Assembly: GCA_045643065.1 (NCBI GenBank) | Contig: JAZUKC010000027.1 | Coordinates: 443 to 64,442 of the forward strand | Length of the DNA: 64,000 nt | Reading direction: 5' to 3' | Source: Prevotella sp. | Lineage (GTDB): Bacteria > Bacteroidota > Bacteroidia > Bacteroidales > Bacteroidaceae | Shown: positions 47,284 to 58,488 of the stretch, piece by piece | Numbering within the stretch: position 1 is the stretch's first letter | Layout of the letters: each line of letters opens with the position of its first letter | Made by a program: the position numbers and the translations under genes | Notes under the pieces: model-generated | What the model was told of the DNA's origin: nothing | The model's input: only the letters and a program-made list of their open reading frames with translations | Database searches by the model: none

Positions 47284-48495
47284 ATGAAAATAATCAACGA
47301 TCCAGTTCACGGATTCATCAAAATACCACGCGGATTACTGCTTAGCATCATCCAGCATCCCTTAATGCAACGTCTGAACCGCATTAAGCAACTTGGCATG
47401 TCAAGCTTTGTCTATCCTGGTGCTCAGCATACACGTTTTCAGCATTCCATCGGTGCCTACCATCTTACAAGCGAAGCAGTTTTGTCACTTACACAAAAGG
47501 GAATTTTCATCTTCGATTCTGAAGCTGAAGCTGTTGAGGCAGCAATTCTTATGCACGACATTGGTCATGGTCCTTTCTCGCATGTGCTTGAAAATACACT
47601 CATTTCAGGCATTTGCCACGAAGACATCTCGCTGAAGATGATGGAACAGATAAACCAAGATCTTGGCGGTCAACTTAATCTTGCGCTCAGCATCTTTAAG
47701 GACAATTATCCAAAGCATTTCCTACACCAACTTATTTCCTCGCAACTGGACATGGATCGTCTCGACTATCTTCGTCGCGATTCCTTCTTCACTGGTGTGC
47801 AGGAAGGAGTTATCGGTGGCGCAAGAATACTTAAGATGCTGAATGTTGTGGAAGATGAACTTGTAATAGATCATAAAGGAATCTATTCTATTGAGAACTA
47901 CCTGACATCCAGACGTTCGATGTATTGGCAGGTTTATCTGCATAAAACCGTGGTTGGAAGCGAAAAACTATTGGTCAACTTGCTAAAGCGTGCTAAACAT
48001 CTTGCATCAAAGGGAGTCGAACTCTTCGCATCTCCCGCCTTGCATTATTTCCTTTACAATGACGTTGACCGAACCATATTTGAATCAAATCCTGATGCGC
48101 TAAAGCATTATTCAATGCTCGATGATAATGACATTCTCTCTGCTATCAAGGTTTGGTCACTATGTGACGACAAGATACTGAGTATGCTGTCTGCAAATTT
48201 CATTAATCGTCATCTTTTCAAAACGGAGGTTTCTGACATTCCTTTCTCTGAAGATCATATAGAAGAACTGCGAAAGAAAATAGCTAAAAAGTATGACGTT
48301 TCGTACGAAGACACCGAATATTTCTATAGTGTCAATACCGTTCAGAAAGATATGTATGACATAGATGGTGACAGCATAAAAGTGCTGATGAAAGACGGAA
48401 CAATGCTCGACATCTGCGATGCATCAGAACTGTTAAATGCTGCATTACTTAGTCATCAAAAAGCAAAATATTATTTATGCTACCAGCGTATTTAA
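47284..48495 (+). CDS. HD-domain phosphohydrolase (dNTP triphosphohydrolase-like)
   Basis: DPVHG, RIKQLG, HTRFQHSIG, HDIGHGPFSH, DMDRLDYL. Confidence 0.93.
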   Translation: MKIINDPVHGFIKIPRGLLLSIIQHPLMQRLNRIKQLGMSSFVYPGAQHTRFQHSIGAYHLTSEAVLSLTQKGIFIFDSEAEAVEAAILMHDIGHGPFSHVLENTLISGICHEDISLKMMEQINQDLGGQLNLALSIFKDNYPKHFLHQLISSQLDMDRLDYLRRDSFFTGVQEGVIGGARILKMLNVVEDELVIDHKGIYSIENYLTSRRSMYWQVYLHKTVVGSEKLLVNLLKRAKHLASKGVELFASPALHYFLYNDVDRTIFESNPDALKHYSMLDDNDILSAIKVWSLCDDKILSMLSANFINRHLFKTEVSDIPFSEDHIEELRKKIAKKYDVSYEDTEYFYSVNTVQKDMYDIDGDSIKVLMKDGTMLDICDASELLNAALLSHQKAKYYLCYQRI

Positions 48496-48595
48496 TGTAA
48501 TATGTTAACAAAACGATAGAAAACTGAATAAAACTCAGAAGTTTTTTTGATATTTGGAAAACTTTTTGTATTTTTGCAGTCAAATTAACATCAAT

Positions 48596-49633
48596 ATGGA
48601 GTTTACAGCAAAACAAATAGCTCAATTTATACAAGGCCGCGTGGAAGGAAATGAAAACGCAGCCGTTAACACATTTGCAAAAATCGAAGAAGGAAAAGAA
48701 GGTGCAATATCATTCTTGGCCAACGACAAATATACGCACTACATCTATGAGACAAAGTCATCTATCGTTCTTGTTAATGATGACCTGAAGCTTGACAAAG
48801 AGGTGTCTTGCACTCTGATTCGTGTTAAGAATGCGTACGAATCTGTCGCTAAGCTCTTACAACTCTATGAGTCAATGAAGCCAAGAAAGAAGGGCATTGA
48901 TTCTCTTGCATTCATAGATCCTTCAGCAAAGATTGGCGAGGATTGCTACATAGGTCCTTTCGCTTTCATCGGCCCTAACGCAGTTGTTGGTGATAACTGC
49001 GTAATCCATCCTCACGTTACTATTTCAGATAGAGCAACAATCGGTAACGATACTGAGATTTACAGCAACGCTGTCATCTATCACGATTGCAAAGTTGGAA
49101 GCAGATGCATCCTTCATGCAGGTTGTGTCATTGGTGCTGATGGCTTCGGTTTCGCACCAGCAGGCGATGGTTATGACAAAATACCACAGATTGGTATCGT
49201 AACTATTGAGGATGATGTAGAGATTGGTGCAAATACATGTGTTGACCGCTCTACCATGGGTTCTACCTATGTTCGTCACGGTGTTAAACTTGACAATCTT
49301 GTGCAGATTGCCCACAATACTGACATCGGTGCAAATACAGTAATGTCGAGTCAGGTTGGTATTGCAGGTTCTACCAAAGTTGGCGAATGGTGTATGTTTG
49401 GTGGACAAGTTGGTATTGCAGGTCACATTACGATTGGCAATAAGGTTATGCTTGGAGCACAGTCAGGCGTTCCTGGTTCCATCAAGGACAACCAACAGCT
49501 CATCGGTACTCCACCGATGGAAATGAAACCATATTTCCGTTCACAAGCTATCTTCCGTCGTTTGCCTGAAATGTACAAGGAACTCAATGAACTGAAAAAG
49601 GAAATAGCCGAACTGAAGAAACAGAACGACTAA
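48596..49633 (+). CDS. lpxD: UDP-3-O-acylglucosamine N-acyltransferase
   Basis: Hexapeptide repeats, [18 protein letters not shown]. Start at MEFTAK. Confidence 0.97.
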   Translation: MEFTAKQIAQFIQGRVEGNENAAVNTFAKIEEGKEGAISFLANDKYTHYIYETKSSIVLVNDDLKLDKEVSCTLIRVKNAYESVAKLLQLYESMKPRKKGIDSLAFIDPSAKIGEDCYIGPFAFIGPNAVVGDNCVIHPHVTISDRATIGNDTEIYSNAVIYHDCKVGSRCILHAGCVIGADGFGFAPAGDGYDKIPQIGIVTIEDDVEIGANTCVDRSTMGSTYVRHGVKLDNLVQIAHNTDIGANTVMSSQVGIAGSTKVGEWCMFGGQVGIAGHITIGNKVMLGAQSGVPGSIKDNQQLIGTPPMEMKPYFRSQAIFRRLPEMYKELNELKKEIAELKKQND

Positions 49634-49712
49634 TATCACAGGAACATAAACCAAGAACCGTAAAAGAACGAATCGGAACTTGGAACATCTTATACAAAAC
49701 AGATAAAAAATA

Positions 49713-51098
49713 ATGTCAAAGCAAAAAACATTAAAAGGTAGTTTTTCATTATGCGGCAAAGGTCTTCACACAGGACTTAGCCTTACTGTAACCTTTAATC
49801 CTGCAGAAGAAAACACCGGATACAGAATACAGCGAATAGACATTCCTGGAGAACCTATAATTGAAGCTGTTGCCGAGCGCGTGGTTGACACACAGCGCGG
49901 TACAGTTTTGGGAAAGAATGATATCAGAATATCTACTGTTGAGCATGGTTTGTCTGCCCTATATGCATTAGGCATAGACAACTGTCTCATTCAGGTTAAT
50001 GGTCCAGAGTTCCCTATCCTTGATGGTTCTGCAGCTCCTTACATTGAGAAAATCAATGCAGTAGGAACTTGCGAACAGAATGCGCCTAAGGATTACTATA
50101 TCATCCGAAACAAGATTGAAGTGAAGGATGAGTCAACAGGATCGTGCATAACGATTCTTCCTGACGAACAGTTCTCTATAACAGCAATGTGCTCGTTCGA
50201 GTCAAAGTTCATAAGTAGCCAGTTTGCTACTCTTGACAACATGCAGAATTATTCAAAAGAGATTTCCGCTGCTCGTACCTTTGTATTCGTTCGTGACATT
50301 TTCCCATTGCTTCAGGCAAATCTCATTAAGGGAGGTGACCTTGATAATGCAATCGTAATCTACGAGCGTGAGCAACCACAGGAGCAGGTGGACAAACTTT
50401 GCGATACTCTTGGTGTGCCACGTATTGATGCCACTAAGCTTGGCTACATACAGCATCGTCCATTGGTATGGGACAATGAATGTACACGCCACAAACTTCT
50501 GGACATCATTGGTGACATGGCTCTGATAGGAAAACCAATAAAGGGAAGAATCATAGCAACTCGCCCTGGTCATACTATCAACAATAAGTTTGCGCGACTG
50601 ATGCGTAAGGAGATAAAGAAGCATGAGATTCAGGCTCCAATTTACAATCCAATGCAGCCACCTGTGATGGATGTTAACAAAATTAGAGAACTGCTTCCAC
50701 ATCGTTACCCTATGCAGCTGGTTGACAAGGTTATAGAGCTTGGTCCTAACTCTATCGTTGGCCTTAAGAATATCACTACCGATGAACCATTCTTCCAGGG
50801 ACATTTCCCTCAGGAACCAGTAATGCCGGGAGTTCTGCAGATAGAGGCAATGGCACAATGTGGAGGTCTTCTTGTACTCAACACGCTTGAAGAACCAGAG
50901 AAGTGGTCAACCTATTTCCTCGCTATTAATAATGTGAAGTTCCGTCAAAAGGTTGTTCCAGGCGATACACTCCTTTTCCGTGTTGAGATGACCTCCCCTG
51001 TTCGTCATGGCATCGCTTCGATGAAGGGTTATATGTTTGTAGGCGATCAGGTAGTCAGCGAGGCTTCTTTCACTGCACAAATGATTAAGAACAAATAA
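49713..51098 (+). CDS. lpxC: bifunctional LpxC/FabZ
   Basis: GLHTG, STVEH, HKLLD (LpxC) and LPHRYP, FFQGHFP, PGVLQIEAMAQ (FabZ). Confidence 0.97.
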   Translation: MSKQKTLKGSFSLCGKGLHTGLSLTVTFNPAEENTGYRIQRIDIPGEPIIEAVAERVVDTQRGTVLGKNDIRISTVEHGLSALYALGIDNCLIQVNGPEFPILDGSAAPYIEKINAVGTCEQNAPKDYYIIRNKIEVKDESTGSCITILPDEQFSITAMCSFESKFISSQFATLDNMQNYSKEISAARTFVFVRDIFPLLQANLIKGGDLDNAIVIYEREQPQEQVDKLCDTLGVPRIDATKLGYIQHRPLVWDNECTRHKLLDIIGDMALIGKPIKGRIIATRPGHTINNKFARLMRKEIKKHEIQAPIYNPMQPPVMDVNKIRELLPHRYPMQLVDKVIELGPNSIVGLKNITTDEPFFQGHFPQEPVMPGVLQIEAMAQCGGLLVLNTLEEPEKWSTYFLAINNVKFRQKVVPGDTLLFRVEMTSPVRHGIASMKGYMFVGDQVVSEASFTAQMIKNK

Positions 51099-51111
51099 AA
51101 AAAGAATAAAA

Positions 51112-51885
51112 ATGGCAAACCAGATAAGTCCGATGGCATATGTTCATCCAGATGCAAAGTTGGGTGACAACAACATTATAGGTCCTTTCTGTTATATTGA
51201 CGCTGACGTGGTTATTGGCGACAATAATATCATGCAGAATTCGGTTACTCTTAACAAGGGAACTCGTCTTGGCAACAACAACGAGATTTTCCCTGGTGCA
51301 AGTATATCAACAAAACCTCAGGATCTAAAGTTCAGAGGTGAAGAAACCATCTGCGAGATTGGAAACAACAACTCAATCAGAGAGAATGTAACAATTTCAA
51401 GAGGTACTGCAAGCAAGGGTACTACTAAGGTGGGTAACAACAACTTGCTGATGGAAAACATGCACATCGGTCATGATTGCGTGATTGGAAACGGATGTAT
51501 CATTGGCAACACGACAAAGTTTGCTGGCGAGGTCGTTGTTGACGATAACGCTATTATCTCTGCATGTTGTCTTTTCCACCAGTTCACTCATGTCGGAGGA
51601 TATATAATGGTTCAGGGTGGCAGCCGTTCTCCTATGGACATCCCTCCATACATCATCGCAGGCAAAGAACCTCTTAAGTATTGTGGCCTTAATCTCGTTG
51701 GCCTTCGCCGTCGTGGTTTCTCCAATGAGACAATTGCTCAAATCAAAGAGGCTTACCGAATTATTTATTCAAAAGGCCTGTTAAAGGAAGCTATTGAAGA
51801 AATCAAGAACACGATGGAGATAACTCCTGAGATTCAGTACATTCTGGATTTCGTCAGTTCGTCTCAACGTGGATTCCTCCACTAA
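51112..51885 (+). CDS. lpxA: acyl-ACP--UDP-N-acetylglucosamine O-acyltransferase
   Basis: PQDLKF, HIGHDC, HQF, NLVGLRRRGF. Confidence 0.97.
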   Translation: MANQISPMAYVHPDAKLGDNNIIGPFCYIDADVVIGDNNIMQNSVTLNKGTRLGNNNEIFPGASISTKPQDLKFRGEETICEIGNNNSIRENVTISRGTASKGTTKVGNNNLLMENMHIGHDCVIGNGCIIGNTTKFAGEVVVDDNAIISACCLFHQFTHVGGYIMVQGGSRSPMDIPPYIIAGKEPLKYCGLNLVGLRRRGFSNETIAQIKEAYRIIYSKGLLKEAIEEIKNTMEITPEIQYILDFVSSSQRGFLH

Positions 51886-52793
51886 TGCAAACACTAATCG
51901 TAATATTAGGACCCACAGGAGTCGGGAAGACTGAATTGTGTCTTACGATTGCTGAACATCTGGGTTGTGAAATAATCAATTGCGACTCTCGCCAATTATT
52001 CCGCGAGATTCCAATAGGCACAGCCGCACCCACTGCCGAACAACAGCAGAGGGTGCGGCACCATTTTGTTGGTATATTGTCATTAGCAGATTATTTCTCA
52101 GCATCAGAATACGAATCTGCTGTAATTCAATTCCTTAAGAAACAACCAGATGACGCAACATTCATTCTGACAGGTGGTTCGATGATGTATATTGATGCTG
52201 TGTGCAACGGAATCGACGAGATGCCAACAATTAAGGAAGAACTACGAGACAATCTGAAAAAGCGTTTAGCAGAAGAAGGACTTGACACACTTGTTGCCGA
52301 GCTCAAGATGCTCGATCCGTTGCATTGGGAACAAGTGGACAAGCAGAATCCTCGTCGCATCCTTCATGCTCTTGAGGTTTGTATTCAGACAGGACTTCCC
52401 TACTCTTCGTTTATGAAACGCGAGAAGAAATCGCGTCCTTTTAACATCATCAAAATAGGTTTGAATCGTCCACGTGAAGAATTATACGAGAGGATTAACC
52501 ATAGGGTAATCCAGATGATTGAAAATGGGTTGATAGAAGAAGCTCAAACCGTATATCCACAGCGACATCTTAATTCTCTTAACACAGTTGGTTTCAAGGA
52601 GTTATTCGACTACTTTGATGGGAAAACTGATAAGGCAGAAGCCATACGCAGAATTCAATCAAACTCCCGTAAGTACATGCGTAAGCAGGAAACATGGTTC
52701 AAACGTGATTCAGAAATAACATGGTTTAACCCGTCTGATGTTAAAGAAATCATAAAATATATAGACAATTCTCTTTTATTAAAGAGAAAATGA
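51885..52793 (+). CDS. miaA: tRNA dimethylallyltransferase
   Basis: GPTGVGKT, DSRQ, IGTAAP, GGSMMY, RKQETWF. Confidence 0.97.
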   Translation: MQTLIVILGPTGVGKTELCLTIAEHLGCEIINCDSRQLFREIPIGTAAPTAEQQQRVRHHFVGILSLADYFSASEYESAVIQFLKKQPDDATFILTGGSMMYIDAVCNGIDEMPTIKEELRDNLKKRLAEEGLDTLVAELKMLDPLHWEQVDKQNPRRILHALEVCIQTGLPYSSFMKREKKSRPFNIIKIGLNRPREELYERINHRVIQMIENGLIEEAQTVYPQRHLNSLNTVGFKELFDYFDGKTDKAEAIRRIQSNSRKYMRKQETWFKRDSEITWFNPSDVKEIIKYIDNSLLLKRK

Positions 52794-52842
52794 CTAACTT
52801 TGCATTTTAATAAGAAAAAAGCAAGAATAACAAACCTAAGAA

Positions 52843-55302
52843 ATGAACAAGATTTCACGCATACTAAAAAAAACCGGCAAAAAGACAAAAGCATTCTGGC
52901 ACTGGTACAAATCCTTGTATAAAGGTCAACCATGGTATAAGAAGACAGGTGTAGCACTTGTCTCTTTTGTCGTATTCTTCTTTCTTTATCTCGGAGCCGT
53001 TGACATGAACCTCTTCTGGTTGTTTGGCAAGTCGCCGGGTTTTCTTGATATTACCCATCCAAAAACCAACGAAGCTTCAGAGATCTACTCTGCTGACGAC
53101 GTGATGATCGGTAAGTATTTCAACGAGAACCGTACACCGGTTGACTATAAAGAGGTCAACCCAATGTTTTGGCGTGCTTTGATAGATACTGAGGACGAAC
53201 GATTCTACAAGCACATGGGCATAGATCCTATTGGTTTGTTTGGCGCTGTAAAGGATGCTGTAACAGGTCGAGGAGGACGTGGTGCCTCTACCCTCACACA
53301 GCAGCTTGCAAAGAATATGTTCCGTATGCGTACAAACTATAGTACAGGTTTGTTGGGTTATATTCCTGGTGTGAAGATGCTTGTCATGAAATCAAAGGAA
53401 TGGATTCTCGCTACAAAACTTGAGATATGCTATTCAAAAGAGGAAATTATCACAATGTATGCCAATACCGTTGATTTTGGATCAAACGCATTTGGCATAA
53501 AGACAGCATCAAAGACTTATTTTAATACGACACCTTCTAAACTTAAAATAGAAGAAGCTGCCGTACTCGTTGGTATGCTTAAGGCAACAACTTACTATAA
53601 TCCAATCACTAATCCTGAAAATTCAAAGAATCGTCGTAATCAGGTATTAGAGAATATGGTGACTCATCAAGATTTGTCTCGTGCAGAATGTGATGAACTG
53701 AAGAATAAGGAAATCGCTTTGAACTATAGTGTAGAAACAAACTACGATGGCAAGGCGCTTTACTTCCGTGAAGCTGTTGCCGAATACCTCAACGAATGGT
53801 GTGAAGAAGAAGGCTACGACTTATACACTGACGGTTTGAAAATTTACACCACTATAGATACCCGCATGCAGAAGTATGCTGAGCAGGCAGTACGCAAGCA
53901 AATGCAGCAGGTGCAGCAGAACTTTAGAAGCCATTGGGGACAGACACATCCTTGGCAGGATGAAAACGGCAAAGAAATTGAAGGATTTATAGAGGAAATT
54001 GCTCAAAAGCAACCTTATTATAAGACATTGCAGGCAAAGTTCCCTAATAATGCTGACTCTATCAACTATTATCTTAATAAACCACACAAGGTTAAGCTCT
54101 TTGACTATGAGAAGGGCTCGATAGAGGCAGAAATATCAACGATGGATTCCATTAGATACATGGTGAGCTACATGCATTGTGGCTTCGTCGCAATGGAACC
54201 AAATACAGGTTATGTAAAAGCATGGGTTGGAGATATTGACTTTGACCATTGGAAATATGACAAGGTTACAGCAATGCGTCAGCCTGGTTCTACCTTTAAG
54301 CTTTTCGTCTATACAGAAGCTATGAATCAAGGACTTACGCCTTGTGACAAGCGACGTGACGAATATATCTCTATGCAGGTTTACGATGAGAAGAAGGGAT
54401 GTGACGTAACATGGACGCCTTCAAATGCCAACGGACGTTTCACGAATGATTCCATGGCTCTGAAATCTGCTTTCGCAAGAAGTGTCAACTCTGTAGCCGT
54501 AAGACTTGGTCAGGAGATGGGCATTAAGAATATTGCCCGTACTGCACATGATATGGGTATCAAGTCGCCTCTTGATGAAACTCCGTCATTACCACTTGGA
54601 TCAAGTGATGTAAATCTTCTGGAAATGACAGATGCTTATTGTACTATCGCTGATAACGGACGCCAACGTGAACCTGTTCTCGTAACAAGAATCGTTGACC
54701 GTGATGGCAACGAGATCTATGCGGCACCATCTGAAGCAAAGCAAGTCATTCCTTACAAGTCAGCATTCCTGATGCAACAATTACTGATGAGTGGCGTTCG
54801 CGAACCTGGTGGCACAAGTTTGTCTCTTAATGGCTACGTCGGAAAATATCAAAACACAGATTTTGGCGGAAAGACAGGTACAACGAACAACCATTCTGAT
54901 GCATGGTTCATGTGTGTTTCTCCAAAACTCGTATGTGGTGCATGGGTTGGTGGCGAATATCGATGCATACATTTCCGAACTGGTGCGTTAGGACAGGGTT
55001 CAAGGACGGCTTTGCCTATTTGCGGATACTTCCTCGAATCTCTGCTTGCTGATTCTAACTTCAAGCAGTACCGTGGTAAGTTTGACAAGCCAAATGACCC
55101 TGATATTGAGCGATATATGTACATCTGCGATAGTTACTATGACCATAGCAACGATTCTACTCGTAACGACTCTATCCATATAATTGATGAATCCATGGAC
55201 ATCTTCGACGAGGAAGGCAAACCTGTAAACGAAAGGGCAAAAGAATCTCTCGATGATGAAAAGAAGAACGACCAGCGCGAAGTAACTTTTGACGAGATTT
55301 AG
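52843..55302 (+). CDS. class A penicillin-binding protein (PBP1A)
   Basis: TEDERF and GASTLTQQLAKN (glycosyltransferase); QPGSTFK, SVN, KTGT (transpeptidase). Confidence 0.95.
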   Translation: MNKISRILKKTGKKTKAFWHWYKSLYKGQPWYKKTGVALVSFVVFFFLYLGAVDMNLFWLFGKSPGFLDITHPKTNEASEIYSADDVMIGKYFNENRTPVDYKEVNPMFWRALIDTEDERFYKHMGIDPIGLFGAVKDAVTGRGGRGASTLTQQLAKNMFRMRTNYSTGLLGYIPGVKMLVMKSKEWILATKLEICYSKEEIITMYANTVDFGSNAFGIKTASKTYFNTTPSKLKIEEAAVLVGMLKATTYYNPITNPENSKNRRNQVLENMVTHQDLSRAECDELKNKEIALNYSVETNYDGKALYFREAVAEYLNEWCEEEGYDLYTDGLKIYTTIDTRMQKYAEQAVRKQMQQVQQNFRSHWGQTHPWQDENGKEIEGFIEEIAQKQPYYKTLQAKFPNNADSINYYLNKPHKVKLFDYEKGSIEAEISTMDSIRYMVSYMHCGFVAMEPNTGYVKAWVGDIDFDHWKYDKVTAMRQPGSTFKLFVYTEAMNQGLTPCDKRRDEYISMQVYDEKKGCDVTWTPSNANGRFTNDSMALKSAFARSVNSVAVRLGQEMGIKNIARTAHDMGIKSPLDETPSLPLGSSDVNLLEMTDAYCTIADNGRQREPVLVTRIVDRDGNEIYAAPSEAKQVIPYKSAFLMQQLLMSGVREPGGTSLSLNGYVGKYQNTDFGGKTGTTNNHSDAWFMCVSPKLVCGAWVGGEYRCIHFRTGALGQGSRTALPICGYFLESLLADSNFKQYRGKFDKPNDPDIERYMYICDSYYDHSNDSTRNDSIHIIDESMDIFDEEGKPVNERAKESLDDEKKNDQREVTFDEI

Positions 55303-55357
55303 TTCTCTTCTCCGTAGGTAAATTTTAATAACTCAACTTCAGTTTCAAGGAGTTATT

Positions 55358-55452
55358 GGGAAGAAATAGGGAAGATATAACGGAGATAAAGGGACAATAG
55401 TAATGTCTCTATATCTTCTCTTTATCTTCGCGCTATCTCCCCTTTATCTCCT
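55358..55452. repeat. imperfect palindrome built from 11-bp tandem units (GGAAGATAAAG/CTTTATCTTCC type)
   Basis: GGAAGAAATAG GGAAGATATAA CGGAGATAAAG ... CTATATCTTCT CTTTATCTTCG CGCTATCTCCC CTTTATCTCC. Confidence 0.7.
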
Positions 55453-55494
55453 AAAAAAAATTACACTTGCGAAACTTGTTTTAATAATAATATA

Positions 55495-57312
55495 ATGGTA
55501 GCAGAGGTTGATATTACAAATAAAAAATTCAAGGATGCGCTTAATGTCATTGAGCGCACCCAGAATTCTTTATTCCTGACAGGCAAAGCCGGAACAGGTA
55601 AATCAACCTTCCTGCGCTACATTCACAATACTACAAAGAAGAAGCACGTAATACTCGCACCTACTGGTATTGCAGCCATCAATGCTGGAGGTCAGACTTT
55701 ACACTCTTTCTTCAAGATACCGTTTCATCCGCTTGTTCCAAACGACGTTCAGTATAGTGCAAAGAATATCCGTAACACACTGAAGTACAATGCAGAGAAG
55801 ATAAGGCTAATCCGTGAACTCGAACTGATTATCATCGACGAGATTTCGATGGTTAGAGCCGATATTATCGACTTCATAGACAAAGTGTTGCGTGTCTATT
55901 CCCGAAACATGCGCCAACCATTCGGAGGAAAGCAACTATTGCTTGTCGGCGATGTTTTCCAACTGGAACCCGTCCTCCGCGAGGATGACAGGCGTCTCTT
56001 ACAACCATTCTATATCTCTGGATATTTCTTCTCGGCTCATGTATGGCGAGAGATGCAACTTGTTTGTATAGAACTCACAAAAGTTTATCGCCAATCAGAT
56101 GCTTCGTTTATAGATACTCTTGACCGCATCAGAGAATCAAAGGCCACAGAATATGACCTGCGTATGATAAACAGCCGTGTCATTCCTCAAGATTATGGCA
56201 GTTCATCAACCGAAACAGACGACCAAACGTCAGAATCACTATCCATAACACTATCGACACGTCGTGATACGGTTGACTTCATTAATCAAAAGAAGTTGGA
56301 AGAACTAGATGGTGACATCACTATCTACAAAGGCAAAATTATAGGCGACTTCCCAGAATCCATGCTTCCAACACTCATGGAACTGGAGATAAAAGTAGGC
56401 GCACAGATTATTTTTATCAAAAATGATCAGGATCACAGATGGGTAAATGGCACGCTTGGCACGATAATCGGTCTTGATGACGATAGCGACAAGGGAACGA
56501 TACAAGTATATTCGGAGAATGGAGATACATTCGATGTAGAGCCTGTTCAATGGTCAAATGTCCGATACACGTTCAACGAAACCGAAAAGAAAATAGAGGA
56601 AGAAGAACTGGGTACATTCACGCAATACCCCATCCGTCTTGCTTGGGCAATTACTGTCCATAAGTCGCAAGGATTGACTTTCAATAATGTCAACATTGAC
56701 TTTACAGGAGGTGCATTTGCCGGAGGACAAACTTATGTTGCATTGTCACGCTGCCGCTCTCTCGAAGGAATAACCCTAAAAGAACCGCTTCGTCATTCTG
56801 ACATATTTGTCCGTCAGGAAGTCAAGCAATTTGCACAGCAGTTTAATGATCAAAAAGCAATAGAAACTGCTCTTAAACGCTCAAAGGCAGATATAGAATA
56901 CGCAGAAGCGATAGCAGAATTTGACAAAGGAAACTTCCAAGAATCCCTTGACCATTTCTTTATCGCAATCCATCAGCGTTATGACATTGAGAAACCAGTT
57001 CCTCGCCGATTAATTCGCAGAAAACTATCGCAAATAACTCTTCTCAACAATAAGATACAGGAACTCAAGGAAGAGCATGATCACGAAATGCATAGTTTGC
57101 GCCAAGAGATTGTGAAACTGCAGAAAAAGCAAGAAGAGCAGGAGCATTATCTTGCCGAACTGGCAACTGAATATGTCATTATGGGTAGAGAATGTGAACG
57201 CGAAAACATGCCTACCGCTGCTATCTCAAACTACGAGAAAGCGCTACGTCTGTGCCCATATCATCCTGACGCAAAAAAAAGATTAAAGAAATTAAAAGGT
57301 AAAAATAAATAA
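55495..57312 (+). CDS. PIF1/RecD-like SF1B helicase with C-terminal coiled coil and TPR
   Basis: GKAGTGKST, APTGIAA, IIDEISM, PFGGKQ, AITVHKSQG, YVALSR. Confidence 0.92.
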   Translation: MVAEVDITNKKFKDALNVIERTQNSLFLTGKAGTGKSTFLRYIHNTTKKKHVILAPTGIAAINAGGQTLHSFFKIPFHPLVPNDVQYSAKNIRNTLKYNAEKIRLIRELELIIIDEISMVRADIIDFIDKVLRVYSRNMRQPFGGKQLLLVGDVFQLEPVLREDDRRLLQPFYISGYFFSAHVWREMQLVCIELTKVYRQSDASFIDTLDRIRESKATEYDLRMINSRVIPQDYGSSSTETDDQTSESLSITLSTRRDTVDFINQKKLEELDGDITIYKGKIIGDFPESMLPTLMELEIKVGAQIIFIKNDQDHRWVNGTLGTIIGLDDDSDKGTIQVYSENGDTFDVEPVQWSNVRYTFNETEKKIEEEELGTFTQYPIRLAWAITVHKSQGLTFNNVNIDFTGGAFAGGQTYVALSRCRSLEGITLKEPLRHSDIFVRQEVKQFAQQFNDQKAIETALKRSKADIEYAEAIAEFDKGNFQESLDHFFIAIHQRYDIEKPVPRRLIRRKLSQITLLNNKIQELKEEHDHEMHSLRQEIVKLQKKQEEQEHYLAELATEYVIMGRECERENMPTAAISNYEKALRLCPYHPDAKKRLKKLKGKNK

Positions 57313-57314
57313 AC

Positions 57315-58127
57315 ATGAATAAGAAATACATCATAACATTATTGTTAGCCACCATGTTTCTGACTCCGTTAATGACCATAGCACAAGATTCGCTGGCACT
57401 TGCTCAAGATTCGTTAACGGTTGCAAACGACTCGTTGGCCATTGCAAATGACTTGGTTACTTCTGATGAATCCATGCACGAGATGCTTAAGACAAAATTC
57501 ATCGAAGGCAACCCTCTGTTTATGTCTTTTGTTGCCATAACACTCATTCTTGGCCTTTCGTTTTGCATCGAACGCATTATATATCTGACACTTGCCAATA
57601 TCAACTCGAAGAAGTTCATGAGTGATCTGGAACAAAAATACCAGTCGGAAGGCGTGGATGCTGCCATTGAACTGTGCCGTTCGACAAGAGGCCCAGTGGC
57701 AAGTATCTGTATGCAGGGATTGCTGCATAAGGATGAGTCAACGGAAGACATAGAGCGAAACATGACCTCTTATGCAGACATTGAAATTGGAAAACTTGAG
57801 AACGGTTGTTCCTGGATTACCCTCTTCATTGCCATTGCTCCATCGTTAGGTTTTCTCGGAACAGTTATCGGTATGGTAATGTCATTTGACGATATCGAAA
57901 TCGCAAGTGATATTTCTCCTGCAATCGTAGCCGGTGGTATGAAAGTTGCTCTTATTACTACCATTTTCGGTATCATTGTTGCTGTCATTCTGCAGTTGTT
58001 CTATAACTTTATCTTGTCACGAATAGAACATCTGACTTTCCAGATGGAACAGTCAGCAATAGATCTTATCGAGATAATCAAAGGCAACACATCTACCACT
58101 AAAAGCGAAGGTGAGATTAATTCATAA
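57315..58127 (+). CDS. exbB: MotA/TolQ/ExbB proton channel
   Basis: APSLGFLGTVIGM, ALITTIFG. Confidence 0.92.
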   Translation: MNKKYIITLLLATMFLTPLMTIAQDSLALAQDSLTVANDSLAIANDLVTSDESMHEMLKTKFIEGNPLFMSFVAITLILGLSFCIERIIYLTLANINSKKFMSDLEQKYQSEGVDAAIELCRSTRGPVASICMQGLLHKDESTEDIERNMTSYADIEIGKLENGCSWITLFIAIAPSLGFLGTVIGMVMSFDDIEIASDISPAIVAGGMKVALITTIFGIIVAVILQLFYNFILSRIEHLTFQMEQSAIDLIEIIKGNTSTTKSEGEINS

Positions 58128-58146
58128 TCCCTGATAAAAACGAGAA

Positions 58147-58488
58147 ATGATAGATCTGATTATAATATTAATGTACCTGTCCCTCGTAAGCATTGCTGGT
58201 GTTACTATATGGGCGGTCTTCCGTACAATACGCATCGTAGGAAAAACTTCCGGAGTTATCCATGGCGTTCCTGTCCGGAAAATCCAGATGGTGCTGTGTG
58301 CTGCATTTCTTCTGATATTATTGCTGTCATACCTTTTTGCCAGTACAGAACCGCTGCACATAAACACGAAGACGTTTGCCGATACATTCTGGCTTCGCAT
58401 GGCAAACATGTTTGTATTCACAGGCACACTTTCAATAGTAGCTGCAGGATGTGCTACATTATATAATTTTATAAAGCAAAGACGATGA
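58147..58488 (+). CDS. small membrane protein of the exbBD operon
   Basis: Three hydrophobic segments, located between exbB and exbD. Confidence 0.75.
   Translation: MIDLIIILMYLSLVSIAGVTIWAVFRTIRIVGKTSGVIHGVPVRKIQMVLCAAFLLILLLSYLFASTEPLHINTKTFADTFWLRMANMFVFTGTLSIVAAGCATLYNFIKQRR

Noticed and set aside
49713..51098. LpxC-FabZ fusion as a novelty
   Set aside because: This fusion is standard in Bacteroidetes.
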